In this document: piece by piece, positions 37,307 through 48,026 of the stretch | How positions within the stretch are numbered: the first letter of the stretch is position 1 | How the letters are laid out: every line of letters begins with the position of its first letter | Source of the DNA: a virus | DNA length: 64,000 nt | Strand: one strand, 5' to 3' | Virus record (IMG/VR): IMGVR_UViG_3300042987_003796 | Span: 20,022 to 84,021 of that record | Made by a program: the position numbers and the translations under genes | Notes under the pieces: generated by a model | Seen by the model: only the letters and a program-made list of their open reading frames with translations | The model's database searches: none | Told to the model about the DNA's origin: nothing

Positions 37307-37719
37307 TGATTCTTACCGACCTAAGGGGGAAGAATAGAAATGTATCCATATCAAGATACAAAATAGACTGGAACTCAAAAAGGGCCAGCTTACCTCAATA
37401 TAGAACAAAGCAATTTCTAAAAGAATTTTGGCTAGGGGATATGGTATGTGAAGAATTTATTATACCAGGAAGCAGACTCAGGGTAGATTTAATAAACTTT
37501 ACAAAAATGATAGCCGTAGAAGTTTCTGGAGAACAGCATGAGGCTTTTAGCAAGTTTTTTCATAAAACTAGGATTGGCTTTATCAAATCCATAAAAAGAG
37601 ACTTTCAAAAAATTAAGTGGCTGGAGCTTAATAAAATTAAATTAATAGAAATATACGACTACGAAACCACAAGTCTAAATAAAAAAGAAATAGAAAAAAA
37701 ATTTTCAGTTACCTTATGA
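37306..37719 (+). CDS. PD-(D/E)xK family endonuclease (Vsr/DUF559-like)
   Basis: EEF.IPG.RLRVD..IAVEVSGEQH..RD..K..WLE. Confidence 0.65.
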   Translation: MILTDLRGKNRNVSISRYKIDWNSKRASLPQYRTKQFLKEFWLGDMVCEEFIIPGSRLRVDLINFTKMIAVEVSGEQHEAFSKFFHKTRIGFIKSIKRDFQKIKWLELNKIKLIEIYDYETTSLNKKEIEKKFSVTL

Positions 37720-37988
37720 GAGAAGAATACAATCATCAGTTCGAACTTCCAGAGTCAATACTTTCACAGCTTGAAGAAATGAGCGGAGGGGGTTATTTAA
37801 TTTTTATTTTAGATTCAGAAAATAAACCCTCAATATACGAAAGCTTTGATGGAATAGGTCAAGAGTCTCAAGTAAAAGGATTTGCGCTTGATTGGCTGGA
37901 AGCAGAAAGAGAATTTAGAAAAGAAAGATTGAAAAAGGATATAGCTTTTTCTTACGGACAAGAAGAAGGAGACGAAGAGGCTGATTGA
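37716..37988 (+). CDS. Hypothetical acidic protein
   Basis: 90-aa coupled ORF. Confidence 0.5.
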   Translation: MREEYNHQFELPESILSQLEEMSGGGYLIFILDSENKPSIYESFDGIGQESQVKGFALDWLEAEREFRKERLKKDIAFSYGQEEGDEEAD

Positions 37989-38013
37989 CAAAATTGAAAA
38001 AACGCCTTAAAGT
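37985..38013 (+). promoter_or_regulatory. Sigma70-type promoter
   Basis: TTGACA - 17 bp - TAAAGT before the helicase gene. Confidence 0.55.
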
Positions 38014-38024
38014 TAAAAAACCTT

Positions 38025-39527
38025 ATGATTTATTCTTTACCCGTAGAAAAACACGTTATAGCTGGATGCCTTAAATATCCCAAAAGCTTCTACGAAATCG
38101 ACAGCTTCATTAACGAAAAAGATTTTTATCACGATATTCATTCTGTGATTTTTTCTGTGATAAAATCAAATATTGCTCATTCGGAAGACATTGATAATGT
38201 TCTTATCAGCGAAAAGATAAAGAACTTAGGCATTACATTTAAAAATAGCGTAAATACATACGAGTATCTCCAAAGCTTAAGCTTAATCAATTTATCTGAA
38301 AAAGCTTTTATAGAGTCAGCTAAAGCTCTAAAAACCCTAACAATCAGAAGAGAGATATACGAAACAGCAGAAAAACTAAAATCAAGAATGTCAGCAAAAG
38401 AAGAAATGTCTGCTGATCAAATCATTTCTGCGGCTGATGCTATTTATAATGAAAAAATAAGCGCATATGATCTTTTCGAAGAGCCAACTAATATTTTTGA
38501 AGATGCTCAATTTCAAATCGAAGAAATTGGAAACAATCCGGTTGACGACTCCGGTTTTTTAACTCCATTTAAAGACTTTAATAGGCTTTATGGAGGTCTT
38601 CGTCCAAAAAACCTATATGCGTTTGTTGCTAGACCAAAATCAGGCAAAACTACAATGCTTTGCGATTTGAACTATAAAATATGCAATGAAATTTACAACG
38701 GACAAGTGTCATGTCTATATCTCGATACCGAGATGGAAACTTTAGATGTTCAAAAAAGACTTATTGCTTCTATATCTGGGGTACCATTCTGGTATATCGA
38801 CACAGGAAATTGGAGAAAAAATCCAGAAATGACGCAAAAAATTAGAGCTACGTGGACCAAAATTAAAAATTTTAAATTTCATCACTTAAAAGTTGGAAAC
38901 AAAAACACCAACGAGATTCTTTCTATTGCTAGAAGATGGTATTATTCAAAGGTTGGAAGAGGAGAAAAAGCGATTATTACCTACGATTACTTGAAGATGA
39001 CAGGAGAAGGAGTTTCTGAATCATGGAAAGAATACCAAGTGATTGGAGACAAAACAGATAAATTAAAAAAACTAGGAGAAGAGCTTAATTGCGTTATCCT
39101 AACATCTACCCAAATGAACAGAAGCGGAGAGAGTCAGAATAAAAAATCTGGAAGCTTCTCCGATGATTCTTCTGCAATTGCCTTATCTGATAGACTTCAA
39201 TGGTTTGCTTCTTATGTTGGAATTTTTAGGAGAAAAACAATTGATGAAATTACTGAAGATGGAGAAGACTGGGGGACTCACAAACTTGTTACGACGGCAA
39301 GTCGTTTTCAGGGAAAAGAAGCCGCTGGACACGTTGACCTTGTCGAAAGGAACATAGACGGAGAAAAAAAGTTTGTTAGTAATTTTATATCGTTTGATGT
39401 AAAAAATTTTAATGTTGAAGAAAAGGGGAGTCTTGATTCTTTAGTAAAGAAGGGTGGATTAAAATTTCAAATTTTTGATAAAAATGGAAAGGCAGTTGAC
39501 GAGAATGAAAACGACGACCTCCTATAA
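38025..39527 (+). CDS. dnaB: DnaB-like replicative helicase
   Basis: N-terminal DnaB domain (EKHVIAG, DFY..H..IF), ARPKSGKT, YLDTEM, YDYLK, TQMNR. Confidence 0.88.
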   Translation: MIYSLPVEKHVIAGCLKYPKSFYEIDSFINEKDFYHDIHSVIFSVIKSNIAHSEDIDNVLISEKIKNLGITFKNSVNTYEYLQSLSLINLSEKAFIESAKALKTLTIRREIYETAEKLKSRMSAKEEMSADQIISAADAIYNEKISAYDLFEEPTNIFEDAQFQIEEIGNNPVDDSGFLTPFKDFNRLYGGLRPKNLYAFVARPKSGKTTMLCDLNYKICNEIYNGQVSCLYLDTEMETLDVQKRLIASISGVPFWYIDTGNWRKNPEMTQKIRATWTKIKNFKFHHLKVGNKNTNEILSIARRWYYSKVGRGEKAIITYDYLKMTGEGVSESWKEYQVIGDKTDKLKKLGEELNCVILTSTQMNRSGESQNKKSGSFSDDSSAIALSDRLQWFASYVGIFRRKTIDEITEDGEDWGTHKLVTTASRFQGKEAAGHVDLVERNIDGEKKFVSNFISFDVKNFNVEEKGSLDSLVKKGGLKFQIFDKNGKAVDENENDDLL

Positions 39528-40440
39528 TCCAGAAGACGTAAAGCAAATACTTGAACAGCTTGGATATAAACTTAACGACAGAGGCAAAGAATGGAGATCA
39601 AAGCCGCTATACAGGGATTCTGATAATGATACTTCGTTAAAAATAAATAAACTTGACGGAAAATGGATAGATTTTGCTAGGAACGAATCTGGCAATATAG
39701 AGCAGCTTGTAGAAAAAACATTAGGAATTTCTTTTGGAACTGGAAAGAGCTGGATAAAGAAGAATGGAATAAATGTTTCTTCCGCTGGCGCGCTTAAAAT
39801 AAAAGAAGAAATAAACTTAGATTATGTTAAATTTTTTGATCCAGATCTTTTAAAAAAACTTTCATGCAATTATTCTTATTGGAATAAAAGGGGTATAAAA
39901 AAAGAAACACTTATAGAATTTGGAGGAGGTTTGTGTTCTACTGGAAAAATGGCTGGAAGATATGTTTTCCCAATCTTCGACGAGGAAAAAAGAATTAGAG
40001 GATTTTCAGGAAGATCAATTTATACAAATAACGAAATAAAATGGAAGCACATAGGCAAAAGAAGCGACTGGAACTACCCATTATTTTTAACAAGAGATTA
40101 TATTGAAAAGGAAAAAGAATGCATTATAGTAGAGAGCATTGGCGATGGGCTGAGCCTATGGCAAGCAGGCGTTAAAAACTTTATTATTTCTTTTGGATTG
40201 AATTCATTAGATCATATTTGCTATTTACTAGTTGAGCTTGATCCATCTATAATAACTATAGCATTTAATAACGATCTTGTTGGTGGAAAAACTAGCGGAT
40301 CAGGAAATGCTGCCGCTAGAAATTTTAAAAAAAACCTAGAAACTTTCTTTTCAAAAGATCAAATCTCTGTAAAGTTACCCGATATTAATGACTTTGGATC
40401 AATGACAGAAGAACAAATTTTACAATGGAAGAACAAATAA
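39505..40440 (+). CDS. DNA primase (TOPRIM)
   Basis: RYVFPIFD..GFSGR, IIVESIGD, AFNND; follows the helicase; start uncertain (39484 or 39505). Confidence 0.8.
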   Translation: MKTTTSYNPEDVKQILEQLGYKLNDRGKEWRSKPLYRDSDNDTSLKINKLDGKWIDFARNESGNIEQLVEKTLGISFGTGKSWIKKNGINVSSAGALKIKEEINLDYVKFFDPDLLKKLSCNYSYWNKRGIKKETLIEFGGGLCSTGKMAGRYVFPIFDEEKRIRGFSGRSIYTNNEIKWKHIGKRSDWNYPLFLTRDYIEKEKECIIVESIGDGLSLWQAGVKNFIISFGLNSLDHICYLLVELDPSIITIAFNNDLVGGKTSGSGNAAARNFKKNLETFFSKDQISVKLPDINDFGSMTEEQILQWKNK

Positions 40441-41447
40441 AAAATAAACCGCTTTACCTGAGCGCTTCAAAAATAAAAACATACGCATCATGCTCTTGGC
40501 AGTACTATGCCTCATATAATCTAAAAATCCCTCAATCAGGAAACAGCGGAGCATCTAGAGGCACCGTTGTCCATAATTTATTTGAATTAATATCTAAGCC
40601 AAAGCATACTCACTTCATTCAGAAGATATGGTTGGCTGGAAGCCCAGAAAAAATTCCAGCTATTAAAAAATTTCTAGAAAAACAATTTAAAAAAGAAAAA
40701 CTAGACTTCAACGAACAGGTTAAGCCGATAAAAGCTAAATACGGAAATAAAAATAATTGGGAAAGCGTATGCGAGATGGTAATGACCACCTTGAAATTTG
40801 AATTTTTAGAATCAGAAAATAAAAAAATAACACACTCAGAATATGAATTTGATATAATAAATGAAAATCCAAAGTATGCAGTAAGGGGTTTTATAGATAG
40901 ACTATCGGAAGAAGACGAAGGAAAAACTCTTAGAATTTTAGATTACAAAAGCTCTTCAAAGAAATTTAAAGGAGAAGACGAGGAGGCAAATATTCAAGCA
41001 ATGATATACTCACTTGTTGCTAGAAAAATATGGAAAAATTATAAGAATTATAAAGCAAGTTTTTTCTTCATGAGGTTTCCAGAAGATCCATATCAACACA
41101 ATGAATTTTCCGAAAAAGAATTAAACGGTTTAGAGCATTACTTAGAGTATATAACCGAGATACTAGAAAACATTAACGAAGATTCAGCGAAAGATAACCT
41201 AGCAGTCAATGACAAAGAAAAATCCTGGCTTTGTGGAAGAGGAAAATGGATATGTCCTTATAAAAATAAGATTACGTTTTATAAAGTAATTGACAAAACC
41301 AAAACAGGAAAAGACTCAGAGATTTCCTCTCACTTGAAACTAGAAGACGCCCAAGAAACCGCTGCAAAAAAAGAGAACTGGCAAGTTAAAACAATATTTT
41401 ATGATGGTTGTCCGGCTTTCAAATCAAATCAATTTCTTGATTTTTAA
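40425..41447 (+). CDS. PD-(D/E)xK exonuclease (Cas4/RecB-like)
   Basis: LSASKIKTYASC, GTVVH, RGFIDRL, ILDYKS, Q..IY, C-terminal cysteines. Confidence 0.8.
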   Translation: MEEQIKNKPLYLSASKIKTYASCSWQYYASYNLKIPQSGNSGASRGTVVHNLFELISKPKHTHFIQKIWLAGSPEKIPAIKKFLEKQFKKEKLDFNEQVKPIKAKYGNKNNWESVCEMVMTTLKFEFLESENKKITHSEYEFDIINENPKYAVRGFIDRLSEEDEGKTLRILDYKSSSKKFKGEDEEANIQAMIYSLVARKIWKNYKNYKASFFFMRFPEDPYQHNEFSEKELNGLEHYLEYITEILENINEDSAKDNLAVNDKEKSWLCGRGKWICPYKNKITFYKVIDKTKTGKDSEISSHLKLEDAQETAAKKENWQVKTIFYDGCPAFKSNQFLDF

Positions 41448-41477
41448 TAAAAAAAAATATATATACAATAATCGACA

Positions 41478-42236
41478 ATGATTATTCCAGCTTTTAAGTC
41501 ACACTACTCCCTCAATAAGAGCATTCTTACCCTTGAGGAGTCTCACCTTGAGACTGGACCAAGGTCTATTTTGGGTTTAATAAAAAACCACAACCTACAA
41601 AACTCGTTCTTAATAGATGATAACATGAGCGGCTTTTTGGAAGCCTACTATAATTCTAAAAACGTAGGCGTAAAATTGAACTTTGGTCTTAGATTAACAT
41701 TTTGCGCTGATCTAAATGACAAAAGCGACGCCTCAATAAAAACAGAATCAAAATATATAATTTTTTTAAAAGATTCCAATGGGTACGAGTCGCTAAGCAA
41801 GATTTTTTCGACAGCCGCATCTAAGGGTTTTTATTATATACCCCGCTTGGATTTTAAAACTCTTAAAGAACTTTGGAGCGATTCGTTAGACATAGGGGTT
41901 CCATTTTATGATAGTTTTTTGTTTAATAATCACATGCGAATGTACAACTGTTTTCCTCCAGATTTTTGGAGCTGCCCAACATTCTTCTGGGAAGATAATT
42001 CGATACCGTTCGACAGAGTATATAAGCGCTCTCTCTTAGAACACCTTTCCAAAAATTATCCTGAATGTGAAATTATTAGAATGCAGTCTATCTTTTACGA
42101 AATGAAAGATGACTTTCTTGCTTACTTAACAATGAAATGCATTGGAAAAAAATCAACTCTTCAAAAGCCAAACCTCGACCATCTTTGTAGCGATGAATTT
42201 TGCGTAGAATCTTTTTTAGAAAAACTAGAGTCATAA
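41478..42236 (+). CDS. Stand-alone PHP domain of DNA polymerase III alpha
   Basis: KSHYSLNKS, DDNMSG, LNFGLRL, GYESLSKI.S.A, GFYYIPRLD match the DnaE N-terminal PHP pattern. Confidence 0.75.
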   Translation: MIIPAFKSHYSLNKSILTLEESHLETGPRSILGLIKNHNLQNSFLIDDNMSGFLEAYYNSKNVGVKLNFGLRLTFCADLNDKSDASIKTESKYIIFLKDSNGYESLSKIFSTAASKGFYYIPRLDFKTLKELWSDSLDIGVPFYDSFLFNNHMRMYNCFPPDFWSCPTFFWEDNSIPFDRVYKRSLLEHLSKNYPECEIIRMQSIFYEMKDDFLAYLTMKCIGKKSTLQKPNLDHLCSDEFCVESFLEKLES

Positions 42237-42237
42237 A

Positions 42238-42888
42238 ATGGAAGAAAATCTTATTAGATTCAATAAAAAAATTAAATTACTTTTTATTGATTTTGAAACT
42301 GCAAATCTTTGTCTCAACTTTAGATTTAATTTACCATGGCAAATGGCAATGATAAATACTATTGGTGGAGAAAAAATTGGAGAAGGTCGTAATATCTTAA
42401 TTAATTGGGGCGATGATTTTAAGTTTTCAAAGGGTGCAGAAGCAATGGCTTACTCTTACTCAAAAGAAAGGATGGAAAAAGAAGGAATCAAGCCAATAGA
42501 AGCCCTTAAGATTCTATCTGAAAATTTAAATAATTGCGACGGAATCGTTGGTCATAATATATTAGGGTTTGATATTTATTTAATTAAATGTATCTATAAT
42601 AAATTAGGAAGACCATACCCCGATGTTCTATCAAAGAAACCCGTATTTGATACCTTTGCAATAGCCAAGGGTTACTTTAATAATATTCCATATCAAAAAG
42701 GCGATGATTTTATTTTTTATCAATATAAAGTCCTAAATCAAATAATTAAAGGCTCAAAAAATTCTCTTTCAAAGGTTGCGTCAAATTTCAATATACAGTA
42801 TAATGAATCAAAGCTTCATGACGGCTTATACGATCTTGAACTTAATGTGCAAGTTTGGAATAAACTAAAATACCAAATAGATATTTAA
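42238..42888 (+). CDS. DEDDh 3'-5' exonuclease (DnaQ-like)
   Basis: IDFET, GHNILGFD, FDT, LHDGLYD. Confidence 0.85.
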   Translation: MEENLIRFNKKIKLLFIDFETANLCLNFRFNLPWQMAMINTIGGEKIGEGRNILINWGDDFKFSKGAEAMAYSYSKERMEKEGIKPIEALKILSENLNNCDGIVGHNILGFDIYLIKCIYNKLGRPYPDVLSKKPVFDTFAIAKGYFNNIPYQKGDDFIFYQYKVLNQIIKGSKNSLSKVASNFNIQYNESKLHDGLYDLELNVQVWNKLKYQIDI

Positions 42889-42896
42889 TTTACAAA

Positions 42897-45497
42897 ATGT
42901 TCTTAGAAAATTTTAAAGAAATAGAACTTCCGCTTTACGGAGTCAGGTGTCCCACGATTTCTCTTTCTACAAAAGATAGAGAACAGTATAATATCAAAGA
43001 AGGCTCGTCGAACCTAGAGATACTTCAGGCTCTTTGTAATCAGGGGTTTAAAAAGAATTTGCCGAAATGGAAAGAAGAAAATCTAGATATTGAAGAATAC
43101 AAAAAAAGAGCAAAGCTTGAAGTTGAAACTCTTTCCAAGCTCGACTTCGTAGATTATATTTTAATCATCTGGGATGTTTTTAATTTTTGTAACAAAAATA
43201 GCATACCAACAGGACTTGGTAGGGGCAGCGCCGCAGGAAGCTTAGTTCTTTACCTTCTTGGGGTAACGGGAATAGATCCAGTTAAATACGGTCTTTTCTT
43301 TCAGCGCTTCGTCTCAGAAGTAAGGGCTAAAAAACAGGTTATTGATGGAGTAACTTATTTAGATGGAAAAATGATTGCAGATATCGATAGCGACATTTGC
43401 TATTATAGAAGAAAAGAGGTAGTAAAATACCTTGAAGAAAAGTATCCAAATCGCACATCTAAGATGTTAACGGTATCTACGCTTTCTGGAAAAGCCCTTA
43501 TCAAAGACGCCGGTAAGATTATTGGAGAAAAAGAAGAGACGGAGATGAATAAAATAACCTCCCTATTTACTTCAAAGTATGGAAAAGTAGCCGAGCCAGA
43601 AGAAATGTATGAAACTAGCGAAGAATTTAAAGATTGGTGCGATGAAAATAGACTGATATACGATACGTCTTTAAAATTAAAAGATTTAATCAGAAACAAA
43701 GGGGTTCATGCCTCTGGGATCGTCGTCAGTTTTGATGATTTGAATAAAACTACACCAACAGAGCTAACAGCAGACAAAGAAGTAGTTTCTTCTTTTACAA
43801 TGGACTGGGCTACTAAAATTAATATTAAGCTTGACCTATTAGGCTTAAAAAGCGTTTCCGTTATCCATGAGGTGTCTAAATTAGTTGGAGTGGATTATAA
43901 AAATATAGACCTAGAAAACTATGAAAATATTTACGCTCATTTACAAGATTTAAAAAATCCAAAAGGGCTTTTTCAAATTGAGGCTGAAACAAATTATAAA
44001 GTATGCAAAAAAGTCAAGCCGAAAAATCTAGATCAACTTAGTGCAGTTGTTGCTCTTGCAAGACCTGGGGCGCTTGATTACGCCGACCAATACGCAACTT
44101 ACGCGAATACCGGAGTAAAGCCAGAGATCGACCCGATCATCGAATCCGTTCTTGAAAAAACAGGAAATATTTGCCTATATCAAGAGCAAGTTATGGCAAT
44201 GTTTAACAAAATCGGTTTTTCTCTCACAGAATCGGAAGAGATTAGAAGAGCTATTGGTAAAAAACTTCCAGAAGAAATTGCAAAATGGAAACCTAAAATT
44301 TACGATCAGTGCGAAAAAAATAATATTAAAAAAGAAACGGCGGATCAAATTTGGAAGGTTTGCGAAGATAGCGCTGGGTATCAGTTTAATCTGTCTCATT
44401 CAATATCTTATTCAGCAATGGCAGCTCTTACTATTTATTTCAAATTCAACCATTCGAAAGAATTCTTTTTAGCGCTCTTAAGAATGGCTAAAAACGAACA
44501 GGACAGCCTTGGAGAAATAAGTACTATCAGTCAAGAAATGAAGCACTTTGGCATTACTCTTTTGCCTCCAGATCTAGCAAAAAGTAAAGAAGATTTTGAA
44601 ATTGAAGGAAATAATATTAGATACGGTCTCTCCGCAGTAAAAGGAATTAGTAAAAAAGTAATCGAAAAGATGATTAATTTTAGAGGAGAATATAGTTCTA
44701 AAATTGATTTATTTATCGCCGCGAAACAAGCAAAAATTTCAATAGGAGTACTTTCTGCTCTTATTCAAGCTGGAGCGCTAGAAAGCTTAAATACAAAAAC
44801 TAGAAGCAGAATGGTTCTTGAAGCTCAAACGTGGAATATTTTAAAGGACAAGGAAAAGGTAATGGTAAAACAACTTGTAGAGCAAGGCAGATTTGAAGAT
44901 GTTTTAACCGCATTAAAAGCTCTAAATACTGAAATTAAAGATGATAAGGGAAAGCTGATAATAAAAGACTCAAGGTTTGCAACGATTAAAAAAGACTACG
45001 ATAGATTTAAAACGATATATTTATTAAATAGTAGAAATGAAAAACTGGCAAACTTTTTTTATGAAAAAGAATTACTTGGAATGCCTTATAGCCAAAGCTT
45101 GAGCGCAATTTTTAAACAAAAAAATGAAAATATTCAAAGCATAGAGGAATGTAATAATTCTAAAGAAAAGGCATCAATATTTTTTGCTGGAATAGTCACA
45201 GATGTAATCAAGAGAACTTCTAAAAACGGCAATCCGTATGTAAAATACGAGTTGTCGGACGAGGGAGGAAAAATAGATTGCTTTGTATTTAGCAGCGACA
45301 AAAGAGATAAGCTAGAGGAATGCCGGCAAAATAACGGCGGAAAGCTACCAGAAGAAGGAGACGTATTAGTTGTTAAGGCTAACAAAAAAGATGGAAACGC
45401 CTGTTATGCTGAAAAAATTGGAATTCAAAGCGCAAAGATATATATGGCTTTAAGAGATCTTAAAGATCAAGATTTAATTGAAGAAGAAGCCGTATAG
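42897..45497 (+). CDS. dnaE: DNA polymerase III alpha catalytic subunit (lacking PHP)
   Basis: GRGSAAGSLV.YLLGVT.IDP, ADIDSD, GVHASG, KLDLLGL, LYQEQVM, FNLSHS.SY, IRYGLSAVKG, C-terminal OB fold. Confidence 0.92.
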   Translation: MFLENFKEIELPLYGVRCPTISLSTKDREQYNIKEGSSNLEILQALCNQGFKKNLPKWKEENLDIEEYKKRAKLEVETLSKLDFVDYILIIWDVFNFCNKNSIPTGLGRGSAAGSLVLYLLGVTGIDPVKYGLFFQRFVSEVRAKKQVIDGVTYLDGKMIADIDSDICYYRRKEVVKYLEEKYPNRTSKMLTVSTLSGKALIKDAGKIIGEKEETEMNKITSLFTSKYGKVAEPEEMYETSEEFKDWCDENRLIYDTSLKLKDLIRNKGVHASGIVVSFDDLNKTTPTELTADKEVVSSFTMDWATKINIKLDLLGLKSVSVIHEVSKLVGVDYKNIDLENYENIYAHLQDLKNPKGLFQIEAETNYKVCKKVKPKNLDQLSAVVALARPGALDYADQYATYANTGVKPEIDPIIESVLEKTGNICLYQEQVMAMFNKIGFSLTESEEIRRAIGKKLPEEIAKWKPKIYDQCEKNNIKKETADQIWKVCEDSAGYQFNLSHSISYSAMAALTIYFKFNHSKEFFLALLRMAKNEQDSLGEISTISQEMKHFGITLLPPDLAKSKEDFEIEGNNIRYGLSAVKGISKKVIEKMINFRGEYSSKIDLFIAAKQAKISIGVLSALIQAGALESLNTKTRSRMVLEAQTWNILKDKEKVMVKQLVEQGRFEDVLTALKALNTEIKDDKGKLIIKDSRFATIKKDYDRFKTIYLLNSRNEKLANFFYEKELLGMPYSQSLSAIFKQKNENIQSIEECNNSKEKASIFFAGIVTDVIKRTSKNGNPYVKYELSDEGGKIDCFVFSSDKRDKLEECRQNNGGKLPEEGDVLVVKANKKDGNACYAEKIGIQSAKIYMALRDLKDQDLIEEEAV

Positions 45498-45529
45498 TTT
45501 ATAATATTTAGTCAACAAACTAAATAAAT

Positions 45530-46012
45530 ATGCGATTAAATAATATTCAATTTTATAAGCCAAACTCTTCAAATAAAGGAGTCGCTGTATCATTATCTTT
45601 TAACCCTTCTGATGCAGGAATATACGTTTCTTTTATTAAGCAATTTAGCTGGGACCAAGCCAAAAAAATTGGCTCCTTTAAAGAAAACAAAGACAATCCA
45701 AAAGCTAAAAAAAATATTAAGTTTAATGATATAGAGATTTCTGGCATTATCAGGGCAATAGAAAAAGAAGAAAAGTGGTCAACGTTTCATAAGTTCAATA
45801 ATGATAACGGCGTATCGATCTCCTTTGCCCCATACATCAAAGATAATGTTATGGCTGGATTTGGATTAAGAGTTTCAGACTCAAAAGATAAAGAAAATGT
45901 ATTTTCTGTAGGTTTTACAAATGATGAATCAATAAAATTAAGAGAGTGGCTCAAATTAAGTCTAGAAGAAGTATTCAAAACTCAATCAAGTCAGGAAAAA
46001 GAAAGCAATTGA
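45530..46012 (+). CDS. Hypothetical protein, possibly ssDNA-binding
   Basis: Beta-rich basic/aromatic protein after dnaE; function is inferred. Confidence 0.45.
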   Translation: MRLNNIQFYKPNSSNKGVAVSLSFNPSDAGIYVSFIKQFSWDQAKKIGSFKENKDNPKAKKNIKFNDIEISGIIRAIEKEEKWSTFHKFNNDNGVSISFAPYIKDNVMAGFGLRVSDSKDKENVFSVGFTNDESIKLREWLKLSLEEVFKTQSSQEKESN

Positions 46013-48018
46013 TGAGAAAAAAAAAGATTTTATTTCATTCAGATTTTGCTCTCGTAAAGACTGGATTTGGAAGAGCGATGAAAACTCTTCTTTCTTATCT
46101 CTATACAACTAAAAAATACGAGATTCACCATGTTTGTTGCGGAGTAGTTCAAAACGCTCCGGAGCTTGAAGCAACTCCGTGGAAAAGCTATGGGGCAGTT
46201 AGTTCAAATATTCAAAATCAGTCGTCGCAAGATCCGTCTATATTAAGAATAGCCGGATACGGAGGTCAGACAATCGACGAATATATCAAAACACTAAAGC
46301 CAGATATATATATAGGCGTTCAAGATTTTTGGGGAGTAGATTTTTCAATAGATAAAAATTGGTTTAGCAAAATTACAACATGCATATGGACAACGCTAGA
46401 CTCACTTCCGATACTTCCGTCCGCTGTCAAGAAAGCAAAGGATATAAAAAATTACTGGGTATGGAGTAATTTTGCGGAAAAAGCGCTTCATAAACTTGGT
46501 CACAAGCATGTTAAAACAGTCCATGGACCGATTGAGTCTGATCAATTCTTTAGACTAGAAGATAAAGACAGAGAACAACTTAGAATAAAAAACAATATAC
46601 CAAAAGATTCTATAATTATAGGCTTTGTTTTTAGAAATCAATTAAGAAAACTAGTTCCCAACTTAATAGAAGGATATAAAATTTGGAAAGATAGGCATCC
46701 AGAAATTAAAAATACTTATTTACTTTTTCATACAAGCTTCTCTGAGGGATGGAACATAAAGTCGCAAGCAGACCAACACGGAGTCGATACAAAAGAAATA
46801 CTAACTACCTACGTATGTCCGGTTTGCAATAATTATGAGGTCAAATCATTTGACGATAGAGTTTCTAGATTTGAAAAAAATAAGGACGGAAGCTTCAAGC
46901 TAGATCAAAAAGGCGAAAAAATAGAAATTCCGCTTTCAGCAGAAGGAAAAGACTGCAAATACTGTGGAACAAAAAATTCCCAAAGAACCACGTCTGTTGG
47001 TTTAGGCGTTACAGAAAACCAACTAAACGAAGTATATAACTTAATGGATGTTTATGCCCATCCATTTACAAGCGGTGGTCAGGAAATACCAATACAAGAA
47101 GCTAAGTTGACAGAATTAATTACGCTTGTTACAAATTATAGCTGCGGAGAAGAATGTTGCGAAGAAGACGCTCACTCTCTCCCATTAGAATGGGACAAAT
47201 ACTTAGAACACGGAACAGAATTTATAAAAGCCTCAACCAAGCCTGCGTCTATTGCAGACCAGCTAGATATTTTTATAAATATGTCACCCATAGAAAAGAA
47301 AAAAAAGGGAAAATTAGCTAGAGATTGGGTCATAAATAATTTTTCAATTAAAAACGTTGGAAAAACAATAGAGAAGTTTATAGATAACTCCCCATTTATA
47401 GACCAACAAGATGAGTCTAATTTTGCTCAAAAAAACAACGAGAAGCACAATCCAGACGCTGAGATAGACGGAAACCTAGCAAACAAAGAATGGGTCAAAT
47501 CTCTTTATAAAAATATTCTGATTAGAGAAGTATCGGATGATGATGATGGATTTTTATATTGGATGGATCAATTATCAAAAAGCGTTGAAAGAAGCCAGAT
47601 AGAACAATATTTCAGACACGTTGCTAGAAAAGACTTAGAAGAACAAAACAAAGCTAATAATAAAAGCATTATAGATGACTTTATTTTAAAAAATTCAAAA
47701 AAAAGAATTTTATATGTTATACCTAGATCGATAGGAGACTGTTTTCTTTCTACGGCAGTCATAGAAAGTTTAAGAGTGATTTATGATTTTGAAAATTGGG
47801 ATTTATACGTTTCTTCCGATATAAAATATAAACAAATTTTCGAGGGAAATAAAAATATAACAAGCTGGATACCTTATATGCAAGAAATGGAAAACCACAT
47901 GTTAATGGAAGGATCTGGCGACCACCCAGGATGGTTCGATATATGCTTTACTCCTCATATTTCTACTCAAAGATCAATGAATTACATTCATAACGGAATA
48001 AATAAATTACTACTTTAA
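46012..48018 (+). CDS. Multidomain glycosyltransferase (GT4-like with a Zn-ribbon insert, plus a C-terminal GT9-like N-domain)
   Basis: TGFGR, FRNQLRK, CPVC..CKYC, LNEVYNLMDV..SGGQEIPIQEA, C-terminal RILYVIPRSIGDCFLST. Confidence 0.75.
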   Translation: MRKKKILFHSDFALVKTGFGRAMKTLLSYLYTTKKYEIHHVCCGVVQNAPELEATPWKSYGAVSSNIQNQSSQDPSILRIAGYGGQTIDEYIKTLKPDIYIGVQDFWGVDFSIDKNWFSKITTCIWTTLDSLPILPSAVKKAKDIKNYWVWSNFAEKALHKLGHKHVKTVHGPIESDQFFRLEDKDREQLRIKNNIPKDSIIIGFVFRNQLRKLVPNLIEGYKIWKDRHPEIKNTYLLFHTSFSEGWNIKSQADQHGVDTKEILTTYVCPVCNNYEVKSFDDRVSRFEKNKDGSFKLDQKGEKIEIPLSAEGKDCKYCGTKNSQRTTSVGLGVTENQLNEVYNLMDVYAHPFTSGGQEIPIQEAKLTELITLVTNYSCGEECCEEDAHSLPLEWDKYLEHGTEFIKASTKPASIADQLDIFINMSPIEKKKKGKLARDWVINNFSIKNVGKTIEKFIDNSPFIDQQDESNFAQKNNEKHNPDAEIDGNLANKEWVKSLYKNILIREVSDDDDGFLYWMDQLSKSVERSQIEQYFRHVARKDLEEQNKANNKSIIDDFILKNSKKRILYVIPRSIGDCFLSTAVIESLRVIYDFENWDLYVSSDIKYKQIFEGNKNITSWIPYMQEMENHMLMEGSGDHPGWFDICFTPHISTQRSMNYIHNGINKLLL

Positions 48019-48026
48019 TAAAAAAA

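Noticed and set aside
40425-41447. Cas4-like nuclease as evidence of a CRISPR system
   Set aside because: No array or other cas genes; stand-alone Cas4/RecB-like nucleases are normal in phage replication modules
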